Shown: in pieces, positions 1 to 26,168 of the stretch | How positions within the stretch are numbered: the stretch's first letter is position 1 | Layout of the letters: each line of letters starts with the position of its first letter | Program-made: the position numbers and the translations under genes | NCBI GenBank assembly: GCA_964016885.1 | Contig: OZ024758.1 | Coordinates: forward strand, 9,176,001-9,240,000 | Reading direction: 5' to 3' | From: Eledone cirrhosa | Lineage: Eukaryota | Length of the DNA: 64,000 bases | Notes under the pieces: generated by a model | Database searches by the model: none | Told to the model about the DNA's origin: nothing | What the model saw: the letters and a program-made list of their open reading frames with translations, nothing else

Positions 1-70
1 GTCGATAAAATAAAGTACCAGTAATGTACTGGGTAATTGCTGGCCTTGTGCCAAAAGTAGAAACAATTAT
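1..70 (+). mobile_element. 3' end of tRNA-derived SINE (family B)
   Basis: GTCGATAAAATAAAGTACCAGT...GCTGGCCTTGTGCCAAAAGTAGAAACAATTAT is near-identical to the 3' parts of the full copies at 37621, 54241 and 55056. Confidence 0.85.
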
Positions 71-249
71 TTTCAGTTAATCATACTCAAGAGGGTTATC
101 AATTTTATTTGTTTGTAATTTTCTTAATTTTCTATGTGCAGGCTTGAAATTTTGTCAGATGTTTAAATATCAATCAATATTCTACAATTATATAATTTTA
201 CCTGATTTTTTGGGGTCAAATTTAACTTTTATGGGCAGGTGAAATTAAT

Positions 250-620
250 TAATAGGGGCATTTGAAGTATCAACGAAGTGCAAATACTGGTTTAATTTTA
301 AATACATTGTTTTCAGCATAATACTTGATATACAAGAATCACTAAACCTTATATTAGTGTTCCAGTAATTCCAGTCTTGGAAATTGTTTTATACAAAACA
401 TAATATTTACGGTAAAAAATGCTTGCATTTCCACAGCATCTGTCGGTCGCCAAACAGATCGGGTTTTCCTCGATTTGAAACCCGTTGGGCATATCGATTA
501 ATTTCTTTTGCCACAACTTCGAACAAAGTTTGTGGTAAAAACAAAAAGAAATAATCCAGTGCTTTAACATCAGGAGCTAATGTGTGTTGTGGACAGGTTG
601 GTTTCTGGTAGGATGATTAT
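250..620 (-). mobile_element. piggyBac-type transposase relic (N-terminal part, frameshifted)
   Basis: Manual minus-strand translation across frameshifts gives ALDYFFLFLPQTLFEVVAKEINRYAQ...TDAVEMQAFFTVNIMFCIKQFP...YWNT...QYLHFVD. This matches the piggyBac/PGBD pattern PLDYF.LF...ETNRYA...EMKAF...YWS...LHF.D. Confidence 0.7.
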
Positions 621-2147
621 ACAAAACACAAAATAGATATTAAGTAATAAATCACAATTTGACAATCCAATATCTTATCCAACAGTCTACACAGTTGACT
701 ATTATCTATATATTATTCACATTGAGAAGGATTCAATATTTATTTAACATCCGCTATTGCTGTTGGCAAGGGTTGAACAAGAGGTCAGACCTCAGATGGA
801 TCAGGAATATATGTTATTGTGAGACCAGTACCAGGATGGTTGTCATGTCTGAAGAGTCCTTTGACTAAATTCCTTCCATGATTACAATCAAACAGTTAAA
901 ATTAGAAGCAGGATTAAAAAACTAGAGACTAATCTTCCAAGAGGTTCAGTTAATTTCAAATAAAAAAGTTAAATACTAAATTTAATTGCTGCTTTGAAAA
1001 ATATGATCTGACAAAACTACTTAAGAACATCAAGATAATAAACACAAATTAAGGAAAAAGAAATTTGATAAGGCAGTGTAAGAGACTAAGAAACATGCAA
1101 AAAGAATCTTTGAAATATGAGTAACTGTTGGAAAAAGCTAGAATTCAGTTAAAACTGATGACATTAATTTGGAGTACTATAGCAGAACTTATGTAAGAAA
1201 ACCAAGAAACTGTCCAGTAACAAAACCATGACCTAAGGTACAGTTATAACAATCTAAAGGATTCATTAATCCATAAAGACAATTGGTATCAGAATTATTC
1301 TTATTGGTGGTGCATTGCTCAACTGAGCATATTTTTTGCATTCTTTTCTTTTATCCATTTTCTGACCACATTCCTAACAAGACTTACACATTGAAATCAC
1401 ATACCTCATATGATATTTCAGATCAAGATTTGAAATTTACACTCTAACCAGTGTGAATGCAGAACACTTCAATAAATGATTTTAGTAAAGTAATTTAAAA
1501 CTTGTCAGACACCTGGAATAAAGTTAAAATTATACATATGGTAAATTTATAAATTACTTATCACAAAATAATTTTTCTCTTGTGTTAATATGTATAGTCA
1601 ATTTCACCTATCATTTTAAATACTTTCTGTTATCCAAATTTTTATATTTGTACAAGGATAATTTTTGCAAGTTTATATCTTGAGAGAAGTATAACTGAAT
1701 GTTCACCTTATAGCTTACCACTCGGCCATGTAATAAGGATGGAACCTTTTGTCAGACAAGCAGTATGTTGTTTTGTCTCGTAGCATAACAAAATGGTTGT
1801 TGCAAGGTTTGGCATAACCCATATTTCTGATGAGATTTTTGAAAATAAAATATTCTGAGGTAAAATTATGATGGGCATTTCAATTTAAACAAGCATCTTA
1901 AAACGGGGTTGGGGTGGGGGTGTTCTGTACCATGAAACTCGAGGCAGTTTGGTATCAAAATCGTTAAAGAATGTGGTTAGTAGTTTACACCAGCATATTA
2001 CGTCATTTTCAACATCGTCCATTTATATAGGACCAACAACGTCGAGACTTCAACAAAAAAGATTAAAAAATATTATGGCACACACTAACTTAGAATGTCC
2101 TAATATGAGGTTGCAGCTCATACATGGTATTTTAATGATAGAGGCCC

Positions 2148-2839
2148 TTTTTCACCCACTTATCCCTGGGAGTCATGGGGGGGGGGGACGACTGAGTCCG
2201 CAAACACTCCTTCCAGTGAGTCCTGTCAGAAGCAACTGTCTAACTGATCCAGCTGGATCCCCAAGCATGACCAGCTAAGCTCATGGATGTTATCCAACCA
2301 TCCTGCTCGGGGTCCACCCCTGGGTTTCTTGCTGGTTGGTTTGCTCGTAAAATACGTCCAGTGATTCTTTCCCCAAGACATTCTAACCACATGCCCATAG
2401 TATCGGAGCTGTGATCTCTCAATTCGCAGAAGTAGCAGCACTTGATCAAGTAACGTTACCCCAAAGACTCTTTGGAGGAATCCCATTTCGGCCACTTGTA
2501 TTTGCGATCATATTCTTTTGGTCATTACCCAAGATTCATGACCATAGGTAAGGGTTGGCATGAAAACCGAATTGAAGATAGCGAGTTTGGCTTTTACGCC
2601 TACCTCCCTTCTGATTATTGAATACTGCATGGCTGGAATGAAAATCAGTGCTGCGAAAACTGAGACACCCTCTCAATGAAGACTGCAGTGCACTCTACAT
2701 GTGAATGGAGTTCCACTGAAGCAGGTAGAAAAGTTCAAGTATCTTTGGGCCGTGTTCATGAGTGATGGAAGGCAGGTGGCTGAATTAAGTGCAAGAATTG
2801 CAAAAGCTGGTGCAGGAATGCGTCAGCTCCAGCATTCAG
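2148..2839 (-). mobile_element. RTE LINE 3' fragment with inverted 5' segment
   Basis: Minus strand 2148-2627 reads IRREVGVKAKLAIFNSVFMPTLTYGHESWVM...RSQLRYYGHVVRM...KPRG. Plus strand 2626-2843 encodes the preceding RT segment AGMKISAAKTE...QVEKFKYL...RIAKAGAGMRQLQHS. Flanked by 15-bp TSD TAATGA(T/A)AGAGGCCC at 2133-2147 and 2840-2854. Confidence 0.85.
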
Positions 2840-4234
2840 TAATGAAAGAGGCCCACAATTTTTTAAATCTAAAGATGGAATGAAGTAGTTGCCTAATAGT
2901 TATTTATAGTAAAAACTAAACCAAGAATAACCATAAGAACTGAGCTGCTTCTATTAGCCTATGACAACAGTCTGAAGATTAGAAAATATGTCACACTGAA
3001 ATTGTACTCTTAGCTATCTTAAACAGAGTGCACAATACAAAGGCATTTTGACTTAATCTAAGACTACCCCAACTTACAGGCAGCAGAAGTCATTGAAAGG
3101 TCATTAAGTGTCATTAGCCTTGGTCAAGTGTTCACAGTGAAATAGGTGGTAGTGATATCATTAGAGTCTGAAACAGTATAAATAATCAGAATACTAATTC
3201 CGGCCAGTTAATCTGCTCCCATATATGGAAATGACCAACTAGCCTTTACAATAGAACTATAAACTACTTACTCTAATTTTAGTTACTTGGGCATTAAGTA
3301 TGACTACTCAAGTAGACAGTATTTAGATATAAGCAGTACTAAGACAGAAAAAATATTCTTTAAAAGTTGCCAAAATTCTATTAAAATAAACATGTCACAT
3401 TGTTTTAAGATCAGCAGCTAGGTTCAATTGTGAAGCAGTTTTAATTGATAACATGGTTATGTATCAATTAATTAATAGGCAATCTAACTAACATAAGTGA
3501 TGCCAACTTGTAGAGTTTTGATACAAGTGATGTGATGCAATTCCTTATGCAAGCTATGGTTTCTTTCTAAGGCAATTATAATGCAGAAACAAAAGGATTT
3601 TGTATTGTTTGGCTAAAGTTCAATCTCACGATTAAAAATAAAATGAAAGCACAACAGAAAACTGGTTTGAAAAGATTCAATCAATATATGTCAGCCTTAG
3701 TGATAAAACTTAACAAGCATCCTTCACATGTGATGATCATCTGAAAGGTTCAGACAGGGTTAATAATAAACAATAGCTTGACATGCAATTATGAGTGCTT
3801 GCTGACATTAAAACAATAAGCATGTTAAAGGAACCTGCAAAAGCAAAAGATAGTCAAATCAAGTTTGATCTATTTCAACAGAGGAATCTAATCTGCAATG
3901 ATACATAGAAGAAGCCATACAAAGTAAACAATGAAATTCTTTTAATATCTGCTTCCAGGTTTACTTGGTTGGGTGAATCTGCAATGCAGCATCTGTAATG
4001 TCTAATCTTTTAACATCCACTTGCTCTGCTAACAAGTGTAAATATGTCATCATGGGACTTGGTTCTCTAACAAGAAGTTTTCCCCAGCAATCAATGACTT
4101 GCAAATCAAACTTGTACCTCCAACACTCATTGGCTAATATCCGATATCCAGCCACATTTCTAATCTGGCTGCTATTAAAGCAAACTTTAATTACTGTGCA
4201 ATACATGAACACTGGATCTATACTCCTCAAAATA

Positions 4235-4474
4235 CAGTGGAACCTCAGTACACAAACTTAAATTTTTCTTGAAGGCCTTTTGTCACCCAAATTGTTTGTA
4301 AACCGAAACTATTTTTCCTATACAAAATGTTGAGAGAGAATGTGCGTGAAAGACCTTAGTAACTAACTACATAGCAAGTGACACTTTCCTGATACGCCGA
4401 GCTTGTTGCCAATTGTTGTTGATGGATTGCATGTTCATAACTCAAGACACTGTTTGTCAATTGAGGTTCCACTG
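4235..4474. mobile_element. Tc1/mariner (Tigger/pogo-like) MITE
   Basis: Perfect 13-bp TIRs CAGTGGAACCTCA / TGAGGTTCCACTG, with TA on both sides (4233-4234, 4475-4476). Confidence 0.85.
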
Positions 4475-4532
4475 TAATTACATTTCAAAAGTTAACTAAA
4501 TACAGGTACCCTTTTAGTGATACATGAGTGGA

Positions 4533-4672
4533 TGCAGCATGGCTGAGTGGTTGGGAGGTTCACTTTGCAATCGTTAAGTCCTGAGTTCAATCCCACTGCG
4601 TGGCCTGTTGGGCATCATTTACTATAAACCTTGGGTATGACTGTGTAGAGAAGCTGTTTGGAAGTCCATATA
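4533..4672 (+). mobile_element. tRNA-derived SINE (family A) running into microsatellite
   Basis: A box TGGCTGAGTGG and B box GAGTTCAATCCC, then CACTGCGTGGC...TTGGGC core; the tail merges with the (TA/CA)n tract. Confidence 0.7.
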
Positions 4673-4683
4673 TACCAAAGACA

Positions 4684-6550
<1,867 letters not shown>

Positions 6551-8209
6551 CATCATCATCATCATCATCAGCGTTTAACGTCCGTGTTCCACGCTTGCAT
6601 GGGTTTGGACGGGGGTAGTCCCACTTGAGGCAAGAGTGATTGTCTTGCTCGCATAGGACTGTCTGGCAGGTTTTCTACAGTTGGATGCCCTTCCTAACAC
6701 CAACCACATTTACAGTGTGGGTCTGGGAGGTTTTTACCGTGTTGCCTACACGGCCACATTACAGCGTGGACTGTGTGTTTTTTTGTCGTGACACCTACAC
6801 GATCTCATTTGTTTCGGCCTCGATGGCGCGGCACCAACATAACTTTACATAGAACGGGGTGGTGTGGATCGGGTGGGGGTGGTGGGACGGGGTGTATTTG
6901 TTAGAGATGCCTACTGGCTGGAGTAGGTTTTACTATATATTTAGGTAAGGCGGGTCTTCTCTGTTACTGAGTACCGCCAAAGGTCTCGGTCCAGTGACAT
7001 TGTCTTGGAGAGGTGTAAGTGTGTGATGTCGGAGTTTATCAGCTCGTCCCAGGTTTTTCTAGGTCTGCCTATTCCGTGACTACCGTCTATCTTTATTGCC
7101 CTGCACTTTGTTATACAGCTATCGACTTTCATGCGCATCACGTGTCCATACCAACGTAGCCTTCTCTCGAGTAAACAACATCTGATCCCTCTTATCTCTA
7201 ATTTATTCCTTAGTTCGTTTATGCTTTGCCGTTCACGTATATTACTGTTACACATCCAGCGGAGCATGCAAGCTTCGTTCCTCTCTAGTCTGCGTATATC
7301 CTCTGCACACAATGCCCAGGTCTCACTGCCATGCAGCATTGCTGTTCGTATGCAGGCATCGTACAACCTGCCTTTCATTTTTAGTGAGAACCCTTTAGCA
7401 GCTAATAGTGGTATAAGCTCTCTGAACTTTTTCCAACCAGTTCTGACTCTAGCTACAGTACTTTCAGAGCACCCTCCCCCACTGCTGATTTTATCGCCCA
7501 GGTAACGGAAGCTGTCCACTATTTCTATAGAACCCTCTGCGCAATTGAAAGAGCTAGTAGTTTGTGGGCACTTGCTGCTACTTATTGCACCAGAGCACCG
7601 GCCACATGTAAAATCTATGTTCTTAGTTAGCCTACCTGTGATCCCACTACATCTTTTATGCACCCATACTTTGCATTTAGGACATAAAATGGAGTTTCTA
7701 CCTACGCCTTTCCTACACACCGAGCACGACCATTTCCCAGAAGGGACCGCCGCCTTGTTTTCTTTCCTACAAACTAGTACTTTGGTCTTAGCCAGGTTAA
7801 TTTTAAGTCCTTTTGACTCTAGGCCGTGCTTCCATGTTTGGAATTTCTTCTCTAGCTCGGCCATTGATTCCGCTATGAGTGTCAGGTCGTCTGCGTATAG
7901 GAGTTCCCATGGGCAGCCTGTCTTGAACTCCTCTGTTATGGCCTGAAGGGCAATAATAAATAGTAGTGGACTGAGAACAGAGCCCTGATGGACGCCGACT
8001 TTTACGCTAAACTCTTCACTATATTCGTTGTTAATTCTAACCTTGCTGACTGTTTCTTTATACATGGCTTGTATAGCCCTCACAAGCCATTCGTCAACGC
8101 CTAGTTTTCTAAGAGCCCACCAGATAATGGAGCGGGGGACTCTGTCGAAGGCTTTCTCCAAGTCGACAAAAGCTAAGTAGAGGGGTTTACCTTAGCTAGG
8201 TACTTCTCT
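6551..8209 (-). mobile_element. 5'-truncated RTE LINE (RT with internal PHD-like finger, 3' UTR, (TGA)n tail)
   Basis: ORF 6941-8161 contains DLEKAFDRVPR, GVHQGSVLSPLLF, LLYADD (7886-7897), FRYLG, RRLRWYGHVMRM and GRPRKTW. A 1-bp frameshift lies in [15 protein letters not shown]. (CAT)n tail at 6551-6569 on +. Confidence 0.95.
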
Positions 8210-13126
<4,917 letters not shown>

Positions 13127-13326
13127 NNNNNNNNNNNNNNNNNNNNNNNNNNNNNNNNNNNNNNNNNNNNNNNNNNNNNNNNNNNNNNNNNNNNNNNNNN
13201 NNNNNNNNNNNNNNNNNNNNNNNNNNNNNNNNNNNNNNNNNNNNNNNNNNNNNNNNNNNNNNNNNNNNNNNNNNNNNNNNNNNNNNNNNNNNNNNNNNNN
13301 NNNNNNNNNNNNNNNNNNNNNNNNNN
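13127..13326. other. assembly gap (200 N)
   Basis: Run of N; the round length suggests a scaffolding spacer rather than a measured gap. Confidence 0.97.
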
Positions 13327-13659
13327 TAACCAAGATGATATTTACCAAAAAGAAGAACAAGTCAACATCATTGGATATCATCAGGGTTGCAGGTGTTATA
13401 TCAGAGTTTTCCTTCTCCTAGAATTCTACCTTGACTAAGGCTAAGGGGTCATCTCTCCCGGTGATTTTGGATGGCCATTGACTCTTAAGAGCTCCTTTGA
13501 CCTTTGACAGGTTTTGTTTTTAGTCCTGCAGGATGTCCAAAGTCACCCTCCTCACCAAGAAACCTTGGTGGGGTTGCCAGTTTAGTCGCCAACGACCCGA
13601 CCATGAGACAGGTTGTACTGGGATACATGTTACCAGTAGCACCAACTGGTGACCTGACA
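13327..13659 (-). mobile_element. probable RTE LINE 5' UTR
   Basis: Homologous to 28405-28770 (+). Contains TAGGAGAAGGAAAACTCTGA, a motif I recognise from RTE/BovB 5' UTRs. Confidence 0.6.
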
Positions 13660-20335
<6,676 letters not shown>

Positions 20336-20340
20336 TATAT

Positions 20341-21725
20341 ACTTATACATAAGTATATATACATATACATAAGTATATATACATATACATAAGTATATAT
20401 ACATATACATAAGTATATATACATATACATAAGTATATATACATATACATAAGTATATATACATATACATAAGTATATATACATATACACAAGTATATAT
20501 ACATATACACAAGTATATATACATATACACAAGTATATATACATATACACAAGTATATATACATATACACAAGTATATATACATATACACAAGTATATAT
20601 ACATATACACAAGTATATATACATATACACAAGTATATATACATATACACAAGTATATATACATATACACAAGTATATATACATATACACAAGTATATAT
20701 ACATATACACAAGTATATACATATACACAAGTATATACATACGTATATATACACACAAGTATATATGTGTATATACACACAAGTATATATGTGTATATAC
20801 ACACAAGTATATATGTGTATATACACACAAGTATATATGTGTATATACACACAAGTATATATGTGTATATACACACAAGTATATATGTGTATATACACAC
20901 AAGTATATATGTGTATATACACACAAGTATATATGTGTATATACACACGTATATATACGTATATACACACAAGTATATATGTGTATATACACACGTATAT
21001 ATACGCAAGTATATATGTGTATATACACGTATATATACACAAGTATATATGTGTATATACACGTATATATACACAAGTATATATGTGTATATACACGTAT
21101 ATATACACAAGTATATATGTGTATATACACGTATATATACACAAGTATATATGTGTATATACACGTATATATACACAAGTATATATGTTTATATACACGT
21201 ATATATACACAAGTATATATGTGTATATACACGTATATATACACAAGTATATATGTGTATATACACGTATATATACACAAGTATATATGTGTATATACAC
21301 GTATATATACACAAGTATATATGTGTATATACACGTATATATACGTATATACACGTATATATACACAAGTATATATGTGTATATACACGTATATATACAC
21401 AAGTATATATGTGTATATACACGTATATATACACAAGTATATATGTGTATATACACGTATATATACACAAGTATATATGTGTATATACACGTATATATAC
21501 ACAAGTATATATGTGTATATACACGTATATATACACAAGTATATGTGTGTATATACACGTATATATACACAAGTATATGTGTGTATATACACGTATATAT
21601 ACACAAGTATATGTGTGTATATACACGTATATATACACAAGTATATGTGTGTTTATACACGTATATATACACAAGTATATGTGTGTTTATACACGTATAT
21701 ATACACAAGTATATGTGTATATACA
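20341..21725. repeat. three successive minisatellites (20, 24, 34 bp units)
   Basis: AAGTATATATACATATACA(T/C) at about 20341-20720; AAGTATATATGTGTATATACACAC at about 20750-20950; ACACAAGTATATATGTGTATATACACGTATATAT at about 21000-21720. Confidence 0.95.
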
Positions 21726-21751
21726 TACGTATATGTGAGTATATACGTACG

Positions 21752-21793
<42 letters not shown>

Positions 21794-24700
21794 TACACTA
21801 TATATATATATATACACATATATATATATCTAGATACACATATATATATATATATATATACACATATATATATATATATATGTGTATATATATATATATA
21901 TATAAGCACTACAATTAAATAACAAATAAAGGATGGCAATACCAGTTGGCTGAAATTTATAAAAGAAATAAAAGATGCAGAAGTACATAATTTAGAGAAG
22001 AACTATTCCAGTATTTGTCTTCAACAAACCCAAATAAACTTTTAGCTACATGCTGCAGTAAGAGATTTGCTTCATTTTCTTATACATATTTCTGAAGCAA
22101 TTTACAGCACACCATATCTATCGCATGAAAGTTGAAAAACAGTAACACTTGTGCATAAGTCTCTGAAATATGTAATTGAAAAGAATAAAAGAATTGTCAT
22201 ATCCTTCTAAATCTTCACACTACATCAATGCTGTTAAGTCAATGACAACATTAGAAATGTTAACTCTGTGACACGATCTGAATAAGTGAAACTGTAGAAG
22301 AAAACGAAAAGAATAAAAAATCAATAAATAAATAAATAAATAAATAAAAAAAAAATCAAGGCACCAGTTCTGCGTTACTCTTGCAAACTATATATTCTAT
22401 TCTCATATATAATATACTGGCTCGGAAATATATCTTTCTTAGAGCTATTTTGTTGTAAGAGACTATTTTGAGTTCCTAACTCAATATATACCTTTGATAG
22501 ATTAGGTTATATAGCAGAGATTACAGCTCTTTTGGAAAATACCCACTGAGTGACGAACCAATAGAGTAATGAATGATTAAGCAATTCTAATAACATAAAA
22601 GTGCAACGTATAAGTGAGGGGGTGTAGCTACATTTTTATAGCAAGCAAAACAATGCTTATAACATTGGATGTAAAGGGTGATATACACAAGATTCCTAAC
22701 TGAAATTCTTAATTTTGTGAAAGAAAACAAACCCAGTGGCAAATGTTAGCAACACAAAGAAAAGGGAGACAATTTCAAAAAATTAAGTATTAATCCCTCA
22801 CGTTAATTTACATGCTATTGAACAACAATGAAATTTACAGCTAATACCTATGTAGGTGTGTAGCTCGCTTCCTACGGGGTTACATTACAGGGCTCTTTGG
22901 TATTTTAATGAGGAGCCTTAGTTCTAACATGAAAATAAACATCTATCAAGGGCCTGAAGAGGCTTGAGATTTACGGCAAAAATCTTGAGGCAATTTTAAT
23001 CCAGTCATGTTTATGCAGAAGAAACTGTATTTGATAACGATAATCATTGGTAGATCTCCCAAATAACGACTAAAGGTTACATGTATAAAACCTTAAGATG
23101 GTTGTTAAAGAAAACGAATAGCCAGTGCCGATGTCAAGTTGTAGTTATTAATGAAATATTTTATCGACATCTTACGAAAGATACTGGTAATCGGTGAAGA
23201 AATGAACAACAAACGCATGTTGTGTGCGCGCAAGCGCGTGTTGTATGTGCAGCAATAAACTACTTCAGTTATCGACAATTGATACTTAAACTATGCAAAT
23301 TATGTTCTTGTAAATTGACGTATTACTAAGTACTGGAGTTTAAGAGTTAAGATTTGACTGAGACTGAGTATGTGTAAACCGGCAACGAGGTATAAGAATA
23401 ACTAAATCTAGGTCCCCCTCAAGTAGTATCTATATAAAGTGATTACCAGAGCATAATTATACGTTTAAAGTGTTGAAATCTAACCAACAGAAACCTGTTG
23501 AAACTATATAATATATTACTGGCGGTAAATAAACAAACAAACTATATTAACCAAGCAAATTTTAAATTATGGCTATGCCTGGTAATGATTCTATAATAGT
23601 AAGTCAGTAAAATAAAATATGAAGTTACAAGCAGTTCTATTACATCTGGACAATTGAAGTATTGTGAACGCAAATTTTTTTTTTTATTCACTAAAAAGTA
23701 TTCCTAAAAGTACACATAATCGTCGGATAGGAAACAACAGCAATCGTTTCTCTCCGTACACAGTAAAAATTAAAATTCAAAATTATAGTTTAATCATATC
23801 AAAACATTTTGTTAAATAATTGTAATAGGATCAACAAAAATAGATTTTGACGTCAGTTGTAGCTAAAGAAGCAAATAAGAAGAGGGGGGAGGGGGGATTC
23901 CGAAATTGTAAATTTTTTTTTATTATTATTGTAAAATGTTACGAAGAAACATTGGAGAAATCAAATATCTTCCTATTGTGAAGGACTAAAAAAAAAAACA
24001 ATTGGAAAAAAATTTGAAATATTTCATTCAGCCACCAAACGTTATATTATGAATTTCGACCTCATGACCTGGCGTTTAGGGTTTCATTAAACACTCAAAC
24101 CTATCAACCGTATAAGAGGTTTCAATAGCCTAATCTTTGGGCAGTTTCCAGTGTAGCAACGGTAAACAAAATACATCGAGACATTTTCGATAAAGATATT
24201 TTTATACACGATTTTACATACGGAAAAAAAAAAAGAAAAAAGAAAAAGAAAAAAAATGGAGAAAATGTTCGAGTGATTAATAATTGTACGATGAAATTCA
24301 GATGGATTGTAAAAAAAATGGACAAAATTAAAGCTAGTTAATATGCGAAAGTCGCAATTTAGTGCGAATGGAGATCAAGAAGTGAATATTATACGAGATG
24401 AGTAAGAAAAATGTATGTAATAACGGAGCAAGCCGGTGGTAGTGAGTGAATCAACCAAGGCTTTACTGTTAGTTGTTAACCATTGTAGATGGATACAGAA
24501 ATATTAGATAGATATATAATGCAGGCAAGCGAGAGACATGTTCAACAACCATTTTGGTGAAGGAAGAAGCTATCGCTTCTTTAACATTACAGAACCATAC
24601 ACACGTTCATACCGCTCCTATCTTATTACAGTAATGACACATTTGATATATCATCGGAACCAAACTCAATGTTGAGAATAATTCTAGCCCCTTCTATAAG

Positions 24701-25839
24701 TAAATTAAATAAAAAATAAAGTGTAATATAGAAAAGCCAAAGAATAAAGATACTTCAAAATTTAATAACACTCCTACAATTTCTCGTAATCCATCGTCAA
24801 ATTATAACATCTGCTGTTAGACATCGACCAAAATGTTAACCAATGTTACTTCCAACTTCATGTTTAAAAAAAAAAAGACTAACACAAATATATTTTTATA
24901 TATATATATAAATAAATATATATATATATATATATATAGTTGTAAATAATATGCATGTAAAAAGAGAAAAATAGCAGTAAGCAGATGAAAGGCAAAATAT
25001 TCTGGTTGAATAACACACAACGAAAGTCAATAAGAATTTATTGGATCACATCGTATTGTAAAATACTGTAATTAATGTAAAGAGGGTAAAACCTATATAA
25101 ATACATTTTGATTATATATAAGAAATAACAAACAAAATCAAGGATGGATATAAAGAAAGCGAAAATATGAAAAATGTAGGGAGAGGGGGAGATAAATTAA
25201 AAAAATTAGAACGAAAAGGGAAGTAAGAAATGAGCGAAGGAACAACATACTTTAGTTATAAATTTAATTAAATTAGCAGAGAATATAAAATTCTAGAAAA
25301 TAATAATGAAGGAGGAGAAAAAAAAAAAAAACGAAATGTTACATGTGGATTAAATTGAAAAATAAAGAGAGGAAAAAGAGTAAAACAGTCGAGTTGGTGA
25401 ATATTGCTATGTCATTTCAGATAACATTATCGTTTTAAAAGAGGGAATGTGACCAAGAAAAGGCAGTTAAGCGAGATTTACGAAGCAAGCAAATGCAGAG
25501 GAAAGGTACAGAAATACCTTCAAAAGAACGTAGAAACTTAGTGAAAAAAACAAAACAAAACAAAGCGAAACAAAAAAAATCTAACTAAAATGAATATTTA
25601 ACGCTGGCCTGCTTGGTTTTTTAACTTTACAGAATATTTGACGCCGATATATTTCCCTCTAGATTTACAGAAGGATGGGGGGGAGGCTGATTAATACGAC
25701 TTAAGAAGCCACTGTAATATTAATATAACTGGTTTTGTTGTAATACAAAAGAAAAGGTGTGGTGTTAAAGAGGGGAAATAAATAAATAAGACAGTAATAT
25801 CAAACAAGTGAATGTGTGAAAAAACGAGGAATTCATTAC

Positions 25840-25866
25840 CTTTTGCAACCTTCTCGTGGCTGCCAT
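25840..25866 (-). CDS. UBE2L3: first coding exon of ubiquitin-conjugating enzyme E2 L3 (UbcH7-type)
   Basis: Minus strand AAC ATG GCA GCC ACG AGA AGG TTG CAA AAG|GTAATG = MAATRRLQK plus a phase-0 donor. Matches the UBE2L3 N-terminus MAASRRLMK, which as I recall also ends exon 1 in human. Good Kozak context; lies in a repeat-poor island. Only 9 codons are visible. Confidence 0.78.
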
Positions 25867-26010
25867 GTTCGTTTTCGTTCAAGTATGTGTGTAAGCGTGC
25901 TTAATGCTGTCTAGCTAACGGCTCGTAGCTTAGATAAGATAAGATAACTCCGCCTTGCTAGCAGACAGTACATCCACAGAATGGGTTAATTCCTGATTTG
26001 AAACAGGACT
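25867..26010 (-). promoter_or_regulatory. putative 5' UTR/core promoter of UBE2L3
   Basis: Unique, locally CpG-containing sequence just upstream of the ATG, with GC-box-like GGCGGAG and tandem GATAA repeats; TSS not determinable. Confidence 0.4.
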
Positions 26011-26103
26011 CTGGAAGTTATTGACTAGATGATTTTCATACAATCTAAAGCCAGATGAAAAAATCTTATTAGCATTTATTTATAGTTGTTAGTAGTGAAA
26101 CTG

Positions 26104-26168
26104 ATGGTGGTAGTAGTAGTAGTAGTAATAGTAGTAGTAATAATAGTGGTAGTAGTAGTAGTAGTATA
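26104..26168. repeat. (TAG/TAA)n microsatellite
   Basis: Direct reading. Confidence 0.9.

Noticed and set aside
3219-3228. Perfect CArG box CCATATATGG
   Set aside because: Isolated, expected by chance in AT-rich DNA, and with no promoter context.
20341-21725. CRISPR-like regular repeats
   Set aside because: Head-to-tail units with no unique spacers and no cas genes, in eukaryotic DNA.
22945-22995. Hammerhead-like CTGAAGAGGC...GGCAAAAA
   Set aside because: No GAAA, stems I and III do not pair convincingly, and no UH site.
25691-25882. 63-aa ORF overlapping the UBE2L3 exon
   Set aside because: TTG start in a different frame that reads into intron-like sequence; the recognisable peptide is in another frame.
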